From Azolla caroliniana (lineage: Eukaryota; Plantae; Polypodiophyta): a stretch of DNA of 64,000 nucleotides. A model generated the notes under the pieces. The model did not search any database. It saw only the letters and a list, made by a program, of their open reading frames with translations, and had not been told where the DNA came from. Positions 12,804 through 25,100 of the stretch are shown piece after piece (position 1 is the stretch's first letter; every line of letters starts with the position of its first letter). Position numbers and translations under genes: made by a program. The DNA lies in the NCBI GenBank assembly GCA_043228905.1, contig JBHGNT010000014.1:5642001-5706000 (forward strand), in the 5' to 3' direction.

Positions 12804-12821
12804 TGGTGAACCCGACGTGAA
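12804..12821 (+). promoter_or_regulatory. PBS complementary to tRNA-Trp
   Basis: TGGTGAACCCGACGTGAA, 8 nt after the LTR end. Confidence 0.9.
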
Positions 12822-12862
12822 CGAGGCCGTAGGAAGGATCAAGTCGAGATTAATACTTGGAG

Positions 12863-15056
12863 ATGGCGTCCTCAAGCAACTAAGCGGGAGAGCTCGAAAG
12901 GATGATGCTAATCGTCGAGCAAATGATGAGATCTCGGGACAACGATGCGAGCGTGGAGAAGGCTGTCGATCGTGTCATAGAGCTCGAGGGCCAATTCGAT
13001 GGAAGGAACGTTACGAAGTTCCTTGATGCATATAAAAGGGAGATGAATCAAAGGGACGTGTCCGAGGCACGCCAAATCGCAAGCTTCAAGAGAGTTGTCG
13101 CCAACAACATCCAAAGACGCGTCATCGAGCTTCAAGAAGGTAAGACAACATGGTCCGAGTTCGAGAAAACGATACTAGCGGAGTTCGTGACTGAAGACTC
13201 AACGAGGATGACTCGACATGCCCTGATGAAGTGGATAGAGAAGAAGAATAAGAAGATGAGCGTCTCGAGGGTGTACGACGAATTCAACCAGATGTTTAGT
13301 CGTCTCCCCAATACGGACCAAGTGTTGCTTGAAGAGGACAAGACTTTGTACTTCTTGAAGGCCGTGGACATAAAGGATAGACGGGAGTTGGGGACTCTTC
13401 TCGAAGATGATACCCAAGCAAATGGGCTCATAGCGGACTGGATCGCGGTGAAGCGGGCATGCAATAGGCTCGACAAGCGTCGCCAATGGGTTGATGACAC
13501 CGACTTGACGGGACCGACTAACACAGAGAAAGCAAGACCGCCGAAAGTAGCTGAGCCGCCAAGTCAAAGTAACGTGGAAGAAAAGAAGATTGATGACGAC
13601 ATCATTGAAGAGCTAGCGAAGAAGTTCGAGAAGGTCACTCTAGCCAACATGAATCGTCGGGGCCCTAAAGGAAAAGAACCCTTTAGATGCGTGTGGTGCG
13701 ATAGCATGGACTGCATGAGAAGGGATTGTGCGAGCCTTCGAGAGGCGATTCGACAAAATATCGTATACATAGAGGACAACATGCTCAAGCGAGACTAGAA
13801 GACCCCTACGGGTGAATTTCGGAAGAGGAGGAATGAAGAAATCTATGGAGGATGCCGATGCGACTCATGTGGATGCGATGCACTATGCTGCGTCGACCGG
13901 AATAAGAGTCGGGAAAGACAAGACTGAAGCTGCTAGAGCGGGAGCAAAGTTTTGGACTTCCGTTCTCGAATATGAGAAGAAGGGAAAAGTCACATCGAAC
14001 GAGGTAGAGCTTGCAGACCGAAGCGTGCAAAGCATAACCGGGTGGTCGGATCCGGTGGACGACAACACCATAATCGCAGAGGTGATGTGCGACAACCACG
14101 AGGTGTTCGTCGAAGAAAAGAGAAAGAGAATAGAAGAGCAAGGGCCATTAAAAAGACATGAAACAAGGAATGCGAAAAAGAAGGACGATGCGGAGACGAG
14201 TCAACCATTACAAACGGAGGAACGAGAATCAAGCCGAAAAGGGGAGCCGAGCATACGAGTTGAAGAAACGGTTCGGCCCGTGAAGGTTGGTGTCGAAGAC
14301 CCTGCTCGGAGGACAAGGACTATTCCTACCTATAAGCTAAGGTCGGACATAGAGCAGACGACGGACCTAAAGAAGATTCTCGAAGAACGAGTTCTTGATA
14401 GCCACGTAACTTTGTCCTTGAGGGAATTGCTTGGCATTACGAAGAAGGAGTTCCATGACACGATCGTGGACCTTGTAAAGAGAAAGAGACAACAATCAGA
14501 CGAGGAAGAAGAGAAGCCGCAAAAAGCAAAAACGAATGCCATAACGATGGCAAGAGACGAAGTTGATGAAGATATGGTGGATAGCCACTATACTTGACCT
14601 CATTGGGCACGAGCGACAACGGAGACGCTGGTGAAGATCGGGGAGAAGAAAGAGACCGTGGTAGCCTTGATCGACCACGGCTCGGAGATTAACCTCATGT
14701 CAACCGACTTCTACAAAAAAGGAAGATGGCCAATCAATACAAACCACGGATGGAAGATTCGCGCGGCGACAAAGTCTACGGAGGATTTGTATGGAGCTTG
14801 TCCCAATGTCAAAGTCACGATCGGGGATGTGGAGATGGATCAACACTTCTTCGTACAAGAATCGGCGTCACATCCTGTCATCCTAGGGCAACCTTATATC
14901 ACATCATCTCGGATGGAGACCAAAGTGTTCGATAATGGAGCAGCCTTCGCACGAATAAAGAGTCTTGACAACCAAAGATCGGTCCAATTCCTAACGGTGC
15001 GAGCCTATCATGAAAGGAATTGAGATAGTCTCGGAGGCAAATCCTCGGATTTTTAG
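12863..15056 (+). pseudogene. gag: G2 ORF1: gag plus aspartic protease (stops at 12881, 14595, 15021; frameshift near 13790)
   Basis: FDGRNVTKFLDAY gag, CVWCDSMDC knuckle remnant, ALIDHGSEIN...VILGQPY protease. Confidence 0.85.
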
Positions 15057-15109
15057 AGCGGACTATTGAAGCATGGGGCACAAATAGTCCGAGCAATCAC
15101 AAGACCCCA
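15047..15109 (+). promoter_or_regulatory. Putative -1 programmed ribosomal frameshift signal (G GAT TTT plus pseudoknot)
   Basis: The heptamer lies directly before the ORF1 TAG, and the -1 frame is open into pol. Stem CGGACTATT/AATAGTCCG; loop TGGGG is complementary to CCCCA at 15105-15109. Confidence 0.75.
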
Positions 15110-18100
15110 CAAGAAAGAAGAGTGTGTGGATTGCAAGGAGAAGCAACATGTGTCACACCTAGTGGCGCATGTAAACTAGTACTACCCGACAAGAAGCACA
15201 AGCGCCGGATACAAGAATTCGAGAAGATGCTGAAAGAAGAGAACATAATAGAAGAAGGAGAGTTTGTGACTCATATTATGGAAGAAGCCTCATTTAACGA
15301 CACCATTGGCGAAATTGAGGACGTCGTGGACTTGAGCTATCTTCACAACCAACGCGTGATTTCGGTTAACTCTGTCATCATGTACGCTATCATCGATGAA
15401 TACCATCGTGGCATCTTGATGAAGGAAGCTAACATCAACACGAAATATAAAACGGTGGATAAGAAGATCAAGCCAGTTGCGGTTCCGCTACCGGAAGATA
15501 GTTGGCAAAAGATGAAGGAAGTCGCTAATGATCCAAGCTTAAGAGATCCGAAGAAGATAGGTCATGTCTCCACCAAAGAGACGAAGGGGAAGCTACGAGT
15601 TGGAAAGGAGGATTTCCTTCTCCCTGAAGAGGAGTGAATGTTTCGCGATATGCTTGAGAGACATGGGAAGGCTTTCGCATTCTTCCCACGAGAAATCGGA
15701 TGCGCCGACCCAAAGGTTATAGAGCCGATGGTGATCTTCATGGTGCCTCATGTGCCTTGGAATTTGAAACCGCTACCGGTTCCGAGAGCACACCTTCCGA
15801 AGCTGATCGAGCTCTTAAAGGAGAAGGTGAGTATGGGAATTCTAGAACCATCGAATGCTCCTTATGCCAATAGGTGGTTCACGGTGCCGAAGAAGAATGG
15901 ATCATTGCGATTCATCCAAGATCTTCAACCCGTCAACAAGGTGACAATTCGAAATGCCGGAATCGGTCCGAGCGTGGACGAATTTGCCGAAGCGTTTGCG
16001 GGTCGGTCCATCTACTGCATTGGCGATCTCTACTCCGGATATGACCAATTCCAATTGGCGATCGACAGTCGGGACATTACAACCATGAGGACTCCGATCA
16101 GGCTTGTGCGGATGTGTACCTTACCCCAAGGCGCAACGAACTCGGTGGCTCATATGGTGAATGCCATGAATAAAGTCTTGAAGGATTGCATTCCGGACAT
16201 CACGATGCCATTCTTGGATGATATTCCGATAAAAGGATGTTCGGATGAGGAGAAAGATGAATCGAAAGATAAGGAAGGTTGTAGAAAGTTCGTTGCGGAT
16301 CATATGAAAGATTGCGAGAAGGTGCTTCAAAGGCTCGAAGATGCGAATTTGACATTTTCGGGAGAAAAATCTGCATTCGGGCAACCGGAGATCTTGGTGG
16401 TAGGTCACTTGTGTCGAGCATACGGCCGGAAGCCCTCGCCATCCAAAGTGAACACAATCCAAGACATGAAAGAAGAATGCGAAAACCAAACAGAGGTTCG
16501 AAGGTTCCTTGGAGCGTGCGCGTTTTATCATATATGGATTCCTCACTACGCTCATGTCGCTGAACCGTTATATGGGCTACTAAAGAAAAGAATAAAGTTC
16601 GAATGGCGAGACGAGCACACAGAGGCGATGCGAAGATTAAAGAAACTGCTTCTTGAAGCTCCGGCACTAAGGAAGGCCGACTATGCCGAAGGGAAACCAA
16701 TTTATGTGACTGTAGATACGAGCCCAACCGGAATCGGGTGGGTCATCAATCAAGAAGGTGAAGATAATGCGCGATATGTCGTCCGGTTCGGAGCAAAGCT
16801 TCTCAGCGAACGGCAACAAAGATATGCCCAAGTCAAGCGGGAACTTTGGGGTATTGTGTCGGCAGTCAAGACGGACAAAGATTACCTGATCGGGTCAGAA
16901 GTGATAATAGAGACAGATTGTCTCCCAATTCTCAGAATGGTCTCGGGATGTGCGACCCCAGATCTTGCTATGCTAAGGTGGATCGCCTACATCAAGTCTT
17001 TAAACCCAGAGATCCATCACATTGCAGGGAAGAAGAACACCATGGTTGACATGCTGTCAAGGGCAAGATTTTCAAATGAAAGTAACATGGTTTCGGAAGA
17101 TGAAGATGTCGCCCTCGACTTCTTCAAGATGGCTCGATTGTCGGCGGAAGACCAAGACACGCAAACCCTCCACGCCTTCAACGAGAACGAGTACGAAGGA
17201 GAATGGTTACTCATCGGTAGATTCCTAAGAACATTGACGACAGATGCTTCGTTGACAAAGGAGGAGGCCCTACGAATCCGAAAGAAAGCTTACCGATACT
17301 TCTTGAAGGGAGGATTCCTTTGGCGACATCCAAAAAGAAGGACAGGAATACCACGTCGAGTGTTGGTAAAGAAAGAAGAGCAAGAGACGCTGATGACCGA
17401 ATTCCACGAGAGTGCTTGGGCAGGTCATAGAGGAACATGGGTGACGTTTGAAAAGTTGAAGAAGTACTGGTGGCCAAGCATGTACAAAGATGTACTCCAT
17501 TTCGTGTCCACATGCGAAACTTGCCAAGTATATTCAAATATACGTCATCGTGATGAGTTAAAGCCGACATACCCACTCACCATACACTTCAAATGGATGG
17601 TGGATCTGGTCTCGATGCCAATGGGAGTGGGACAAATGAAGTACTTAGCGCTGGCAAGGGAAGACTTGACAAATCAAGTGGAAGGACGAGCCTTGACAAA
17701 TAAGATGACTTCAGCTGTTTGCAAATTTCTACTTGAAGATGTTGTTTGCCGATATGGATGTGTAGGGAAGATAGTGGCCGACCGAGGGGAGTTGGACGCG
17801 CACGAAGCGACGGAGCTCTTTGAAAGACTAGGCGTGAAGCTCTCCCTCACGACTGCCTACAATCCGGAATCAAATGGGAAGATCGAGCGAGGGCATGGAC
17901 CTATCGTTAAAACCATCGTACGAGCATGCAACGGTCGAGTCGGGAATTGGCCACGACTATTACCCTATGCCTTGTGGGCCGATAGAATGACACCTAGCTC
18001 GGTGACAAGGTATATGCCGACAGAGCTTATGTATGGATAAAAGCCGATTATGCCCATCGAAAGGACGATCGCCTCATGGGTAGCGATACCGTGGGAGATC

Positions 18101-18537
18101 GAGATGAGCCGAGAAGAGTTATTAGCGGCGCGGATAAGGAAACTTGAAAGAAGACCTGAAGATTTAGAAAAAGCGCGAAAGATGATGAAGGCGGCCGAGT
18201 AAAGAACAAAGTTCGGTTCGACAACACGCATCGACTTCGTCCCAAGAAGATTGAAGAAGGGGATTAGGTTTTGGTTTATGACAGCACCCTTGACAATCAA
18301 CACAGTACAACAAGGAATTTCGCAAGAAGATGGTTCGGGCCGTATGTGGTGACAAGTGCCAACGATAATGTCACATACCACCTTGCGGAACTAGACGGAT
18401 CAAGGTTGGCCGTACCCATTGCGGGAAAAAGAGTAAAGATTTTCAAGAAAAGACAAGACAAGGATCCTGACCTCGATTACCTCATCGATGAACATAATAG
18501 GCCGGATGAAAATGAAGACATGGAGGAATCTAATTGA
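15047..18537 (+). pseudogene. pol: G2 pol (RT, RNase H, integrase), with stops at 15635 and 18038
   Basis: LPQGATNS and PFLDDI (RT), VDTSPTGIG and ETDC (RNase H), H..GH..C..C zinc finger, YNPESNGKIER and WFGPY (integrase). Confidence 0.93.
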
Positions 18538-19112
18538 TCATCGTAGCCGAAATCTCATTTCTTCTCTTCTTGGCACGTACCGGAGGACGTGCGGTTTGGT
18601 GGGGGCCGTTGTCGTGAAGATTTTCGGCAATTGTGTGAAAATCCCATAAAACGTACGAAATCGAGTATGAATCACATAGTACAATAATTGTAAAGATAAC
18701 ATTTTAAATAGATTTAATATCTAAGTACAAAATGATGGAGGTTTCGAATGCACTTTATTACACGAGAAACGGACAACTAAATGTCAAGATATGAGGGTAT
18801 AAAGTTTGTGAAAGGAAAAGAGAAAATTGTGAGATATCCCACATAGGCACGACAAATACAACTCTCATCATATATAAGGTGGAGCAATAGGTATTATCTT
18901 TGTGTCTATGTGTGGAGCATAGAGAGTTCAAGGTAACTTGAACTAAGAGTGGAGGTGGGCTAGCTACTTGTAAAGGGTTTTGGCCAACCAAAACCGGACC
19001 GGCGATGGAGCCGGTGATTCGGCATCCGGCGAGGCACCGGTAATCGACGGTATCCGGCGAACCGGCGTCCGACGACTAGATAAATAAATATATATACATA
19101 TTTACATCTACA

Positions 19113-19187
19113 AGGAGGGCAAGTAAGGATTCAAACCTTGCACCTCCAAGTTAGGGGTCAATTGGCTTACCATTAAGCCATGCTATT
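19113..19187 (-). ncRNA. tRNA-like A/B-box cassette in the G2 3' LTR
   Basis: Same cassette as 12272-12346 (A-box 19180-19170, B-box 19137-19127). Confidence 0.7.
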
Positions 19188-20255
19188 TAGTTGAAATTAT
19201 ATTTCTATCATTATACTTTTACATGTAAATTCTCATACATGAGAGCTAAAATGAGTGACATGGTTATCATGCACCACATGTAATACATAAGCGTCAAATG
19301 GCAAACATGCAATTTATGCATGTCTTGTACCCTCACATGCATCATATGCATGAGAGCATCTATAAAAGAGGGAAGGGGGAGGAGAAAAAACATGGTTTTT
19401 TTTTATGAAAATTAAGAGGAAGAAATTCGTTATCAAATTAATGGTGTAACTTGTTTCTTAAATCCAAAGATAAAACTTCAATCAATCTTTCTCAATCGTT
19501 TAATCTCAACTTCTCTCTTTCCCAATCTATCTTAAGTACTTTCTCGCCAAAGCTTGTATCGACTCTAAATCCTTCTGGTCCAGAACCCCGACGGTTACAC
19601 CTCACGATCCGCGCGTAGTGACGGATCTTCACGACACCGTTCTGGAGGAAGAAATGCAGGCACTTGATGTCAACAAGACATGGGATCTGGTTGACCCTCC
19701 TCGTCACTGTAAACCGATCAGATGCAAGTGGATATACAGGGTAAAGTACAACGCCGACGGTTCTATTAACCGGTATGTAGAAAGTAGCGTGCGGAAGCAA
19801 GTATGAAGACCGAATAGAAGACAGAAAACTCAGGTTTAATGGAGAGCTTGAGCTTACGCAATATACTCGGGAGAGACAAAGAGAGAAAGAAGAACTATAT
19901 TCAACAACAAAAGATCTCGATTCACTACTCTATACATATGTGTGTTCCATGAACACTTTTATACAAGTCCTCGAAGGACTGACCGAAGTACTGACCGTAC
20001 TTCAATGCTCATTAAGAGCTCCTACACTAACTCCCAAATATATTCCTCACGGAATATCTTTCCTAACGGCCTCTCGGTTTACGCACTCGGCCTAACCGAT
20101 CGGTCCCAACCGATCCGGTCCTCGGCTTCTTCAGCCGATCCGGCCGATGTTGAGCTTGTCTCTCAACACTCCCCTTCAAGCTCAACTCGAGGCTCTTCGG
20201 GATCCTCGGGCTCACAGCTCCGGTTCCTCCTGGCTTCACGCCTCGCTCGCGCTCC

Positions 20256-22193
20256 TCAACCTGTTCGACTCCGCGCGCTTCGACTCTTCCGGTCGGCTTG
20301 TCTGCTCATGCGGCCCTTATCAGCTCTTCTGCTGTTGCGGTGTTGACGCTTCTCCTGCTGCCTTTTCTTCCGCTTGGGCCTCGGTTGATTCAGCGTGTCT
20401 GAATCAAACATCCGAACCGACTCGGCTACCTCCGATCGGTTTTCGCTCTTGTCCGAGTTGGCTGTCTCCAACTCGTCTTCGGTCTTCTCGCCCTTGGTGG
20501 CGTCATCTTCCCCATGCGTGGTTGGCTTCGGCTCTCTCCTTCGGTTGCTCCCCTTATGTCCGCTTTCGGACTTTTCAGCGGGTCCGCCCTCGGCTTCTTC
20601 AGCCGATCCGAAGTCGAACTCGACAACCGAGTCAACAACCGAGTCAACAACCGAGTCAACCGACTCAGTGTCGCGGCTTCCGCTCCTTTCCTGCTGCTTT
20701 GCTTGGTCGTTCAGGACAACCGAGTCAACCGACTCGGTGTCGCAGCCTCCGCTCCTTTCCTCCTGCTTTGCTTGGTCGTTCGGGACTGTTCTCCCCCTCA
20801 AGTTTGGCACGTCGAGGTGACTCAATCCGAGCGCACCGGAGAATTGCCGCAACTTGTCCAAACCAAGGGGCTTAGTGAAGATGTCGGCAGTCTGCCGATC
20901 CGTCGGAACGTACTGAAGTTCGACTTCACTGGAAAGGACACGCTCACAGACGAAATGGTAGTGCACCTCAATGTGCTTGGTCCGTGCGTGGAAAACGGAG
21001 TTTTTCGCGAGCTGGATGTTGTTGAGGTTGTCGCAGTAGATCGTCGTCGGATCTGACACCTCCTCTTGCAGGTCCTTAAGTAGCCGCTTCAACCATATGG
21101 CTTCGCATGTCGCGATAGCTGCTCCTCGGTACTCAGCTTCGGTGCTCGATAGTGCAACTGTTGGCTGCTTCTTACTACTCCACGCGATCGTGGCACTCCC
21201 GAGGGAGAACGCGTATCCAAACGTGGATCGGCGATCGGTGGCGTTACCAGCCCAATCAGCATCGGTGTAGCTGACTAACTGCGCAGCTGCACCGGTCCGA
21301 TATAGCAGTCCCCGATCCTTAGTGCCGTTGACATACAGAAGTATGCATTGCGCACACTGAAGGTGCTCCTCGGTAGGTCGCGCCATGAACTGACTGATCA
21401 CTCCGACCGGATAATTGAGGTCGGGTCGGGTGATGGTCAAGTATATGAGGCTTCCGAAAATTTGTCGAAACCTCGTCGGGTCGCATACCTTTCCCGTATC
21501 AGGAGGAAGCTTGAAGGTTCTGTCCAGAGGAGTCGAGACAGACTTATAGTCGGCCATCCCGAATTTGAAGAGCATACTCAGCACGTAATGACGTTGGCTT
21601 ATCAATATGCCTTTGGGGGTACGGATAACTTCGATCCCGAGGAAGTAATGAAGGTCCCCCAGATCCTTCATGTCGAACGATGCCGCAAGCTGGAGCTTCA
21701 CGCGGTCGATTTCACGTAGGTCGATGCCGGTGATGACCAAGTCATCAACATATAGTAAAATACTAACCGGTCCGAGTCGACCTTTCCGGATGAACAAGGA
21801 AGAGTCCGATTTTGACGTGACGAAGCCCATCCGACACAGTTGTTGCATGATCTTCGCGTTCCAGGCACGCGAGGCTTGCTTCAGTCCGTAAAGGGACTTC
21901 TTCAGTCGGCATACTGCCGAGGAGTTCGTTCCATAGTGAAATTCGGGAGGTTGTACCATGTACACCTGTTCCTCAAGGTCACCTTGCAGGAACGCATTCT
22001 TTACATCCATCTGATGTAGGTGCCACCCCTTGGCCACGGCTACTGCGAGCAAAACACGGACGGTCGTCATTTTCGCGACTGGCGCAAACGTTTCATCGTA
22101 GTCGATCCTGTGTTTCTGCACATAGCCCTTTGCCACTAGCCGAGCCTTGTACCGGTTGACCGAGCCATCGGTGTTATACTTGACCTTGTACAC
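20256..22193 (-). CDS. pol: Copia D RT-RNase H with a long charged C-terminal extension
   Basis: 645-aa ORF with QMDVKNAFLQG, YVDD, SSTEAEY and TKHIEVHYHF, followed by about 175 aa of acidic/basic tail. Confidence 0.88.
   Translation of the reverse strand: MYKVKYNTDGSVNRYKARLVAKGYVQKHRIDYDETFAPVAKMTTVRVLLAVAVAKGWHLHQMDVKNAFLQGDLEEQVYMVQPPEFHYGTNSSAVCRLKKSLYGLKQASRAWNAKIMQQLCRMGFVTSKSDSSLFIRKGRLGPVSILLYVDDLVITGIDLREIDRVKLQLAASFDMKDLGDLHYFLGIEVIRTPKGILISQRHYVLSMLFKFGMADYKSVSTPLDRTFKLPPDTGKVCDPTRFRQIFGSLIYLTITRPDLNYPVGVISQFMARPTEEHLQCAQCILLYVNGTKDRGLLYRTGAAAQLVSYTDADWAGNATDRRSTFGYAFSLGSATIAWSSKKQPTVALSSTEAEYRGAAIATCEAIWLKRLLKDLQEEVSDPTTIYCDNLNNIQLAKNSVFHARTKHIEVHYHFVCERVLSSEVELQYVPTDRQTADIFTKPLGLDKLRQFSGALGLSHLDVPNLRGRTVPNDQAKQEERSGGCDTESVDSVVLNDQAKQQERSGSRDTESVDSVVDSVVDSVVEFDFGSAEEAEGGPAEKSESGHKGSNRRREPKPTTHGEDDATKGEKTEDELETANSDKSENRSEVAESVRMFDSDTLNQPRPKRKKRQQEKRQHRNSRRADKGRMSRQADRKSRSARSRTG
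20623..20781. repeat. Tandem repeats: 12-mer ACAACCGAGTCA x3 and an approximately 69-bp duplication
   Basis: Read directly; they encode the DSVV and NDQAKQxERSG repeats. Confidence 0.85.
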
Positions 22194-25100
22194 CCACCTA
22201 CACCCGATCGGTTTTACCCCTCTTGGTGCGTCAACCAGGTCCTAGGTCTCGTTCTCCGCCAATGCGTGCATCTCTTCCTCCATCGCGGCACGCCAATTCG
22301 CGTCTTTAGCCGCTTCTATGTAGCTCTCCGTCTCATGCACTTCCGCTACACGGGTCATGTACGCATAATGATGCGCCATGTACTCGTTGTATCCGAACTG
22401 CAAAACAGGATTCTTCTGGCGGGTAGACCGGCGTAATCTCACATTAGCCGATGTCGAGGCCTTCTCGGTCGACTCGGTCTTCACCTTTAAAGACCCGTCA
22501 CCGGTTCCCTCAGAGTCGGACTCGCGTTGGTCTGACTCGTTCCTATCCGTGCCGGAATCCGACACCTTCTTCTTCCCTTTCTCTTTGCGCGTAAGCCGTC
22601 TCCTTGGCTTCCTACACGGGGAATGCACGGCCGAGTCTCCACTACTCGCCGGCTCTTCATCGGACTGGTCGTACCGACTCAGTCGTCCAATCGGTCCACT
22701 TAAATGGAGTGAAATCGGACTCTCTTCGCGGGTCTCGATTTTGGGCTCACCCGGAGGCATCTCGGCCTCGCTGACCTCATCGTTAGAACTTGGATTGGAG
22801 TCGGGGTTCGGAGTCGGGGGCTGGTACCAGGACGCGGACTCGTCAACCACAACGTCGCGGCTAACACGCGCTTGTTTGGTGCGAGGGTTATAGCACTTAT
22901 AACCCTTCTGCTCGTCCGAGTAACTGACCAAGATGCATTTCTCAGCCTTTGCGTCCAGCTTCCTCCTTTTCTCCTTTGGTACATGCACATACGCAATGCT
23001 ACCGAACACCCTCAAGTGTCGCAAGTTCGGCTTCGTTCCGAAATATAGCTCGTGCGCCGACACTTTGTCTCCGATCCGGTTCTGGATGTATACCGCGGTC
23101 CTTACCGCCTCGGCCTAGTAGAACTTGGGCAAGCTCTTCTCCTCCAACATTGCCCGTGCCGCTTCCACAACTGACCGATTCTTCCTCTCGGCCACACCGT
23201 TCTGCTCCGGCGTGTATCTACAACTGAATTCGCGCCGAATTCCCATTTGTTGTAGATAACCGTTGAATTGACCGGAAAAGTACTCTTTTCCGCCATCCGA
23301 CCGCAAGCACTTGATCTTTCGTCCCGTTTCCGTTTCCACGAACCCTTTGAGGCTCCCGCCAAGACTAACGTTTTGTGCCGGCCCCCATACATCCGAGTGT
23401 ATAAGGTCGAGCTTGTTCCGACTCCGGTTTCGCTCGTTGGGGAAAGGAAGTCGGTGTTGTTTCCCGAGCTGGCAGGCTTCACAAATTTGTGCCTTTCGGT
23501 CACTAAATTTGGGCAATCCGAACACTACCTGTTTCGATTGCAGATCTTGAAGCCGCTGTAGTTGACGTGGCCTATCCGCTTGTGCCACAAGTCGATGTCC
23601 GACTCGGTTTTTCTTCCCTTCGCGAACATTGCGGTGCCGCCATCAGTGGAGTCGAGGATGAACATCCTCCCGTCTCTGCGCCCTTGCGCAATCACACGGC
23701 CTTCTTCCTTGATCTCGTCGGCCGCTTCCATTGCGTACCAACTCGCCTCGTCCGCCATGACCACGGGGCCTTTCTCCCTCAGTGTACAACATCTTGATGT
23801 CGGTGTGCATGCTCATCGACGCACCCACGTGGTTCTCCTCTACCAGGAGCATTGACTGTAAGTCAAAAAAGGACGGCGTATTCTCCCAGGTACACACAGC
23901 CGTTCGGAACACTCCAAACTTTGACGCCAAACCTCCGAGACAGATCTGGACCATCTCGCTCTCCTCGATGTTCACCTCTATGGAGGCGAGGGAGTCGCAG
24001 ATATCCTTGATCTTCGAGGTATAGTCCGCCACCGACAAGTCGCGTTGTCGTAGGTTGCTCAACTCCTGTCGGAGCTGAAGCTTCCTGGCTGTGGTGCTCA
24101 CGGTGAAAATCTTCTTCAGATTTTCCCACGCATCCTTCGGCGTCTTTGCATCCCGGACATAGCTCAATAGCTGTTCGCCCACACATGACGCGAAGCAGTA
24201 TAATACCCTGCTCGCCGATTGCTCCCACGACGGGAAGTCTCAGTGTGTCGATTCGGGTGCCGCGTCATTAGCTCCTTCGACATAACTCCAGTAGCCATGC
24301 CCGAGCAGGTATTGGTGCATCTTGTAGGACCAAGATGTGTAGTTCGTTCTGTCGAGCTTCTCTGTTGGAAGCGAGCTCGCCATGCCTCTATCCATCGTTC
24401 TTCTTGTTCTTCTTCGTCACTGTGTCGGCTGCAGAGAGGTTCTCAACCCTCACGCTCTGATACCATGTAGAAAGTAGCGTGCGGAAGAAAGTATGAAGAC
24501 CGAACAGAAGACAGAAAACGCAGGTTTAATGGAGAGCTTGAGCTTACGCAGTATACTCGGGAGAGACAAAGAGAGAAAGAAGAACTATATTCAACAACAA
24601 AAGATCTTGATTCACTACTCTATACATATGTGTGTTCCATGAACACTTTTATACAAGTCCTCGAAGGACTGACCGAAGTACTGACCGTACTTCAATGCTC
24701 ATTAAGAGCTCCTACACTAACTCCCAAATATATTCCTCACGGAATATCTTTCCTAACGGCCTCTCGGTTTACGCACTCGGCCTAATCGATCGGTCCCAAC
24801 CGATCCGGTCCTCGGCTTCTTCAGCCGATCTGGCCGATGTTGAGCTTGTCTCTCAACACGGTATAAAGCCCAGTTAGTGGCGAAGGGATACACGCAAACC
24901 CACGGAATCAACTACGACGAGACCTTTGCTCCTATAGCGAAGATGACGACGGTTCGAGTGGTGCTGGCGGTTGTTGCGGCAAGGGGGTGACATCTTCATC
25001 AGATGGATGTGAAGAATGCATTTCTTCAAGGTGATCTTGAAGAAGAAGTCTTTATGACTCAGCCTCTCGATTTTCAATCGGAGGTGAACAAGTCGGTGGT

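Larger units (their letters stand above)
11769..19636 (+). mobile_element. Full-length non-chromovirus Ty3/Gypsy G2 (probably Phygy/Selgy-like); LTRs 11769-12795 and 18610-19636
   Basis: 1027-bp LTRs (about 16 differences by eye) with terminal IR TGTCGTGAAG/CTTCACGACA. 4-bp TSD TCGT/CCGT, tRNA-Trp PBS, domain order PR-RT-RH-IN. Confidence 0.95.
19776..24858 (-). mobile_element. Ty1/Copia D with internal deletions (protease, part of integrase); LTRs 19776-20168 and 24466-24858
   Basis: 393-bp LTRs (about 7 differences by eye), perfect TSD CGGTA, PBS 24454-24465, PPT from 20169. Confidence 0.95.

Noticed and set aside
20147-21056. Antisense or env-like extra ORFs in Copia D
   Set aside because: Shadow ORFs opposite a GC-rich low-complexity pol tail; no start context or recognisable domain.
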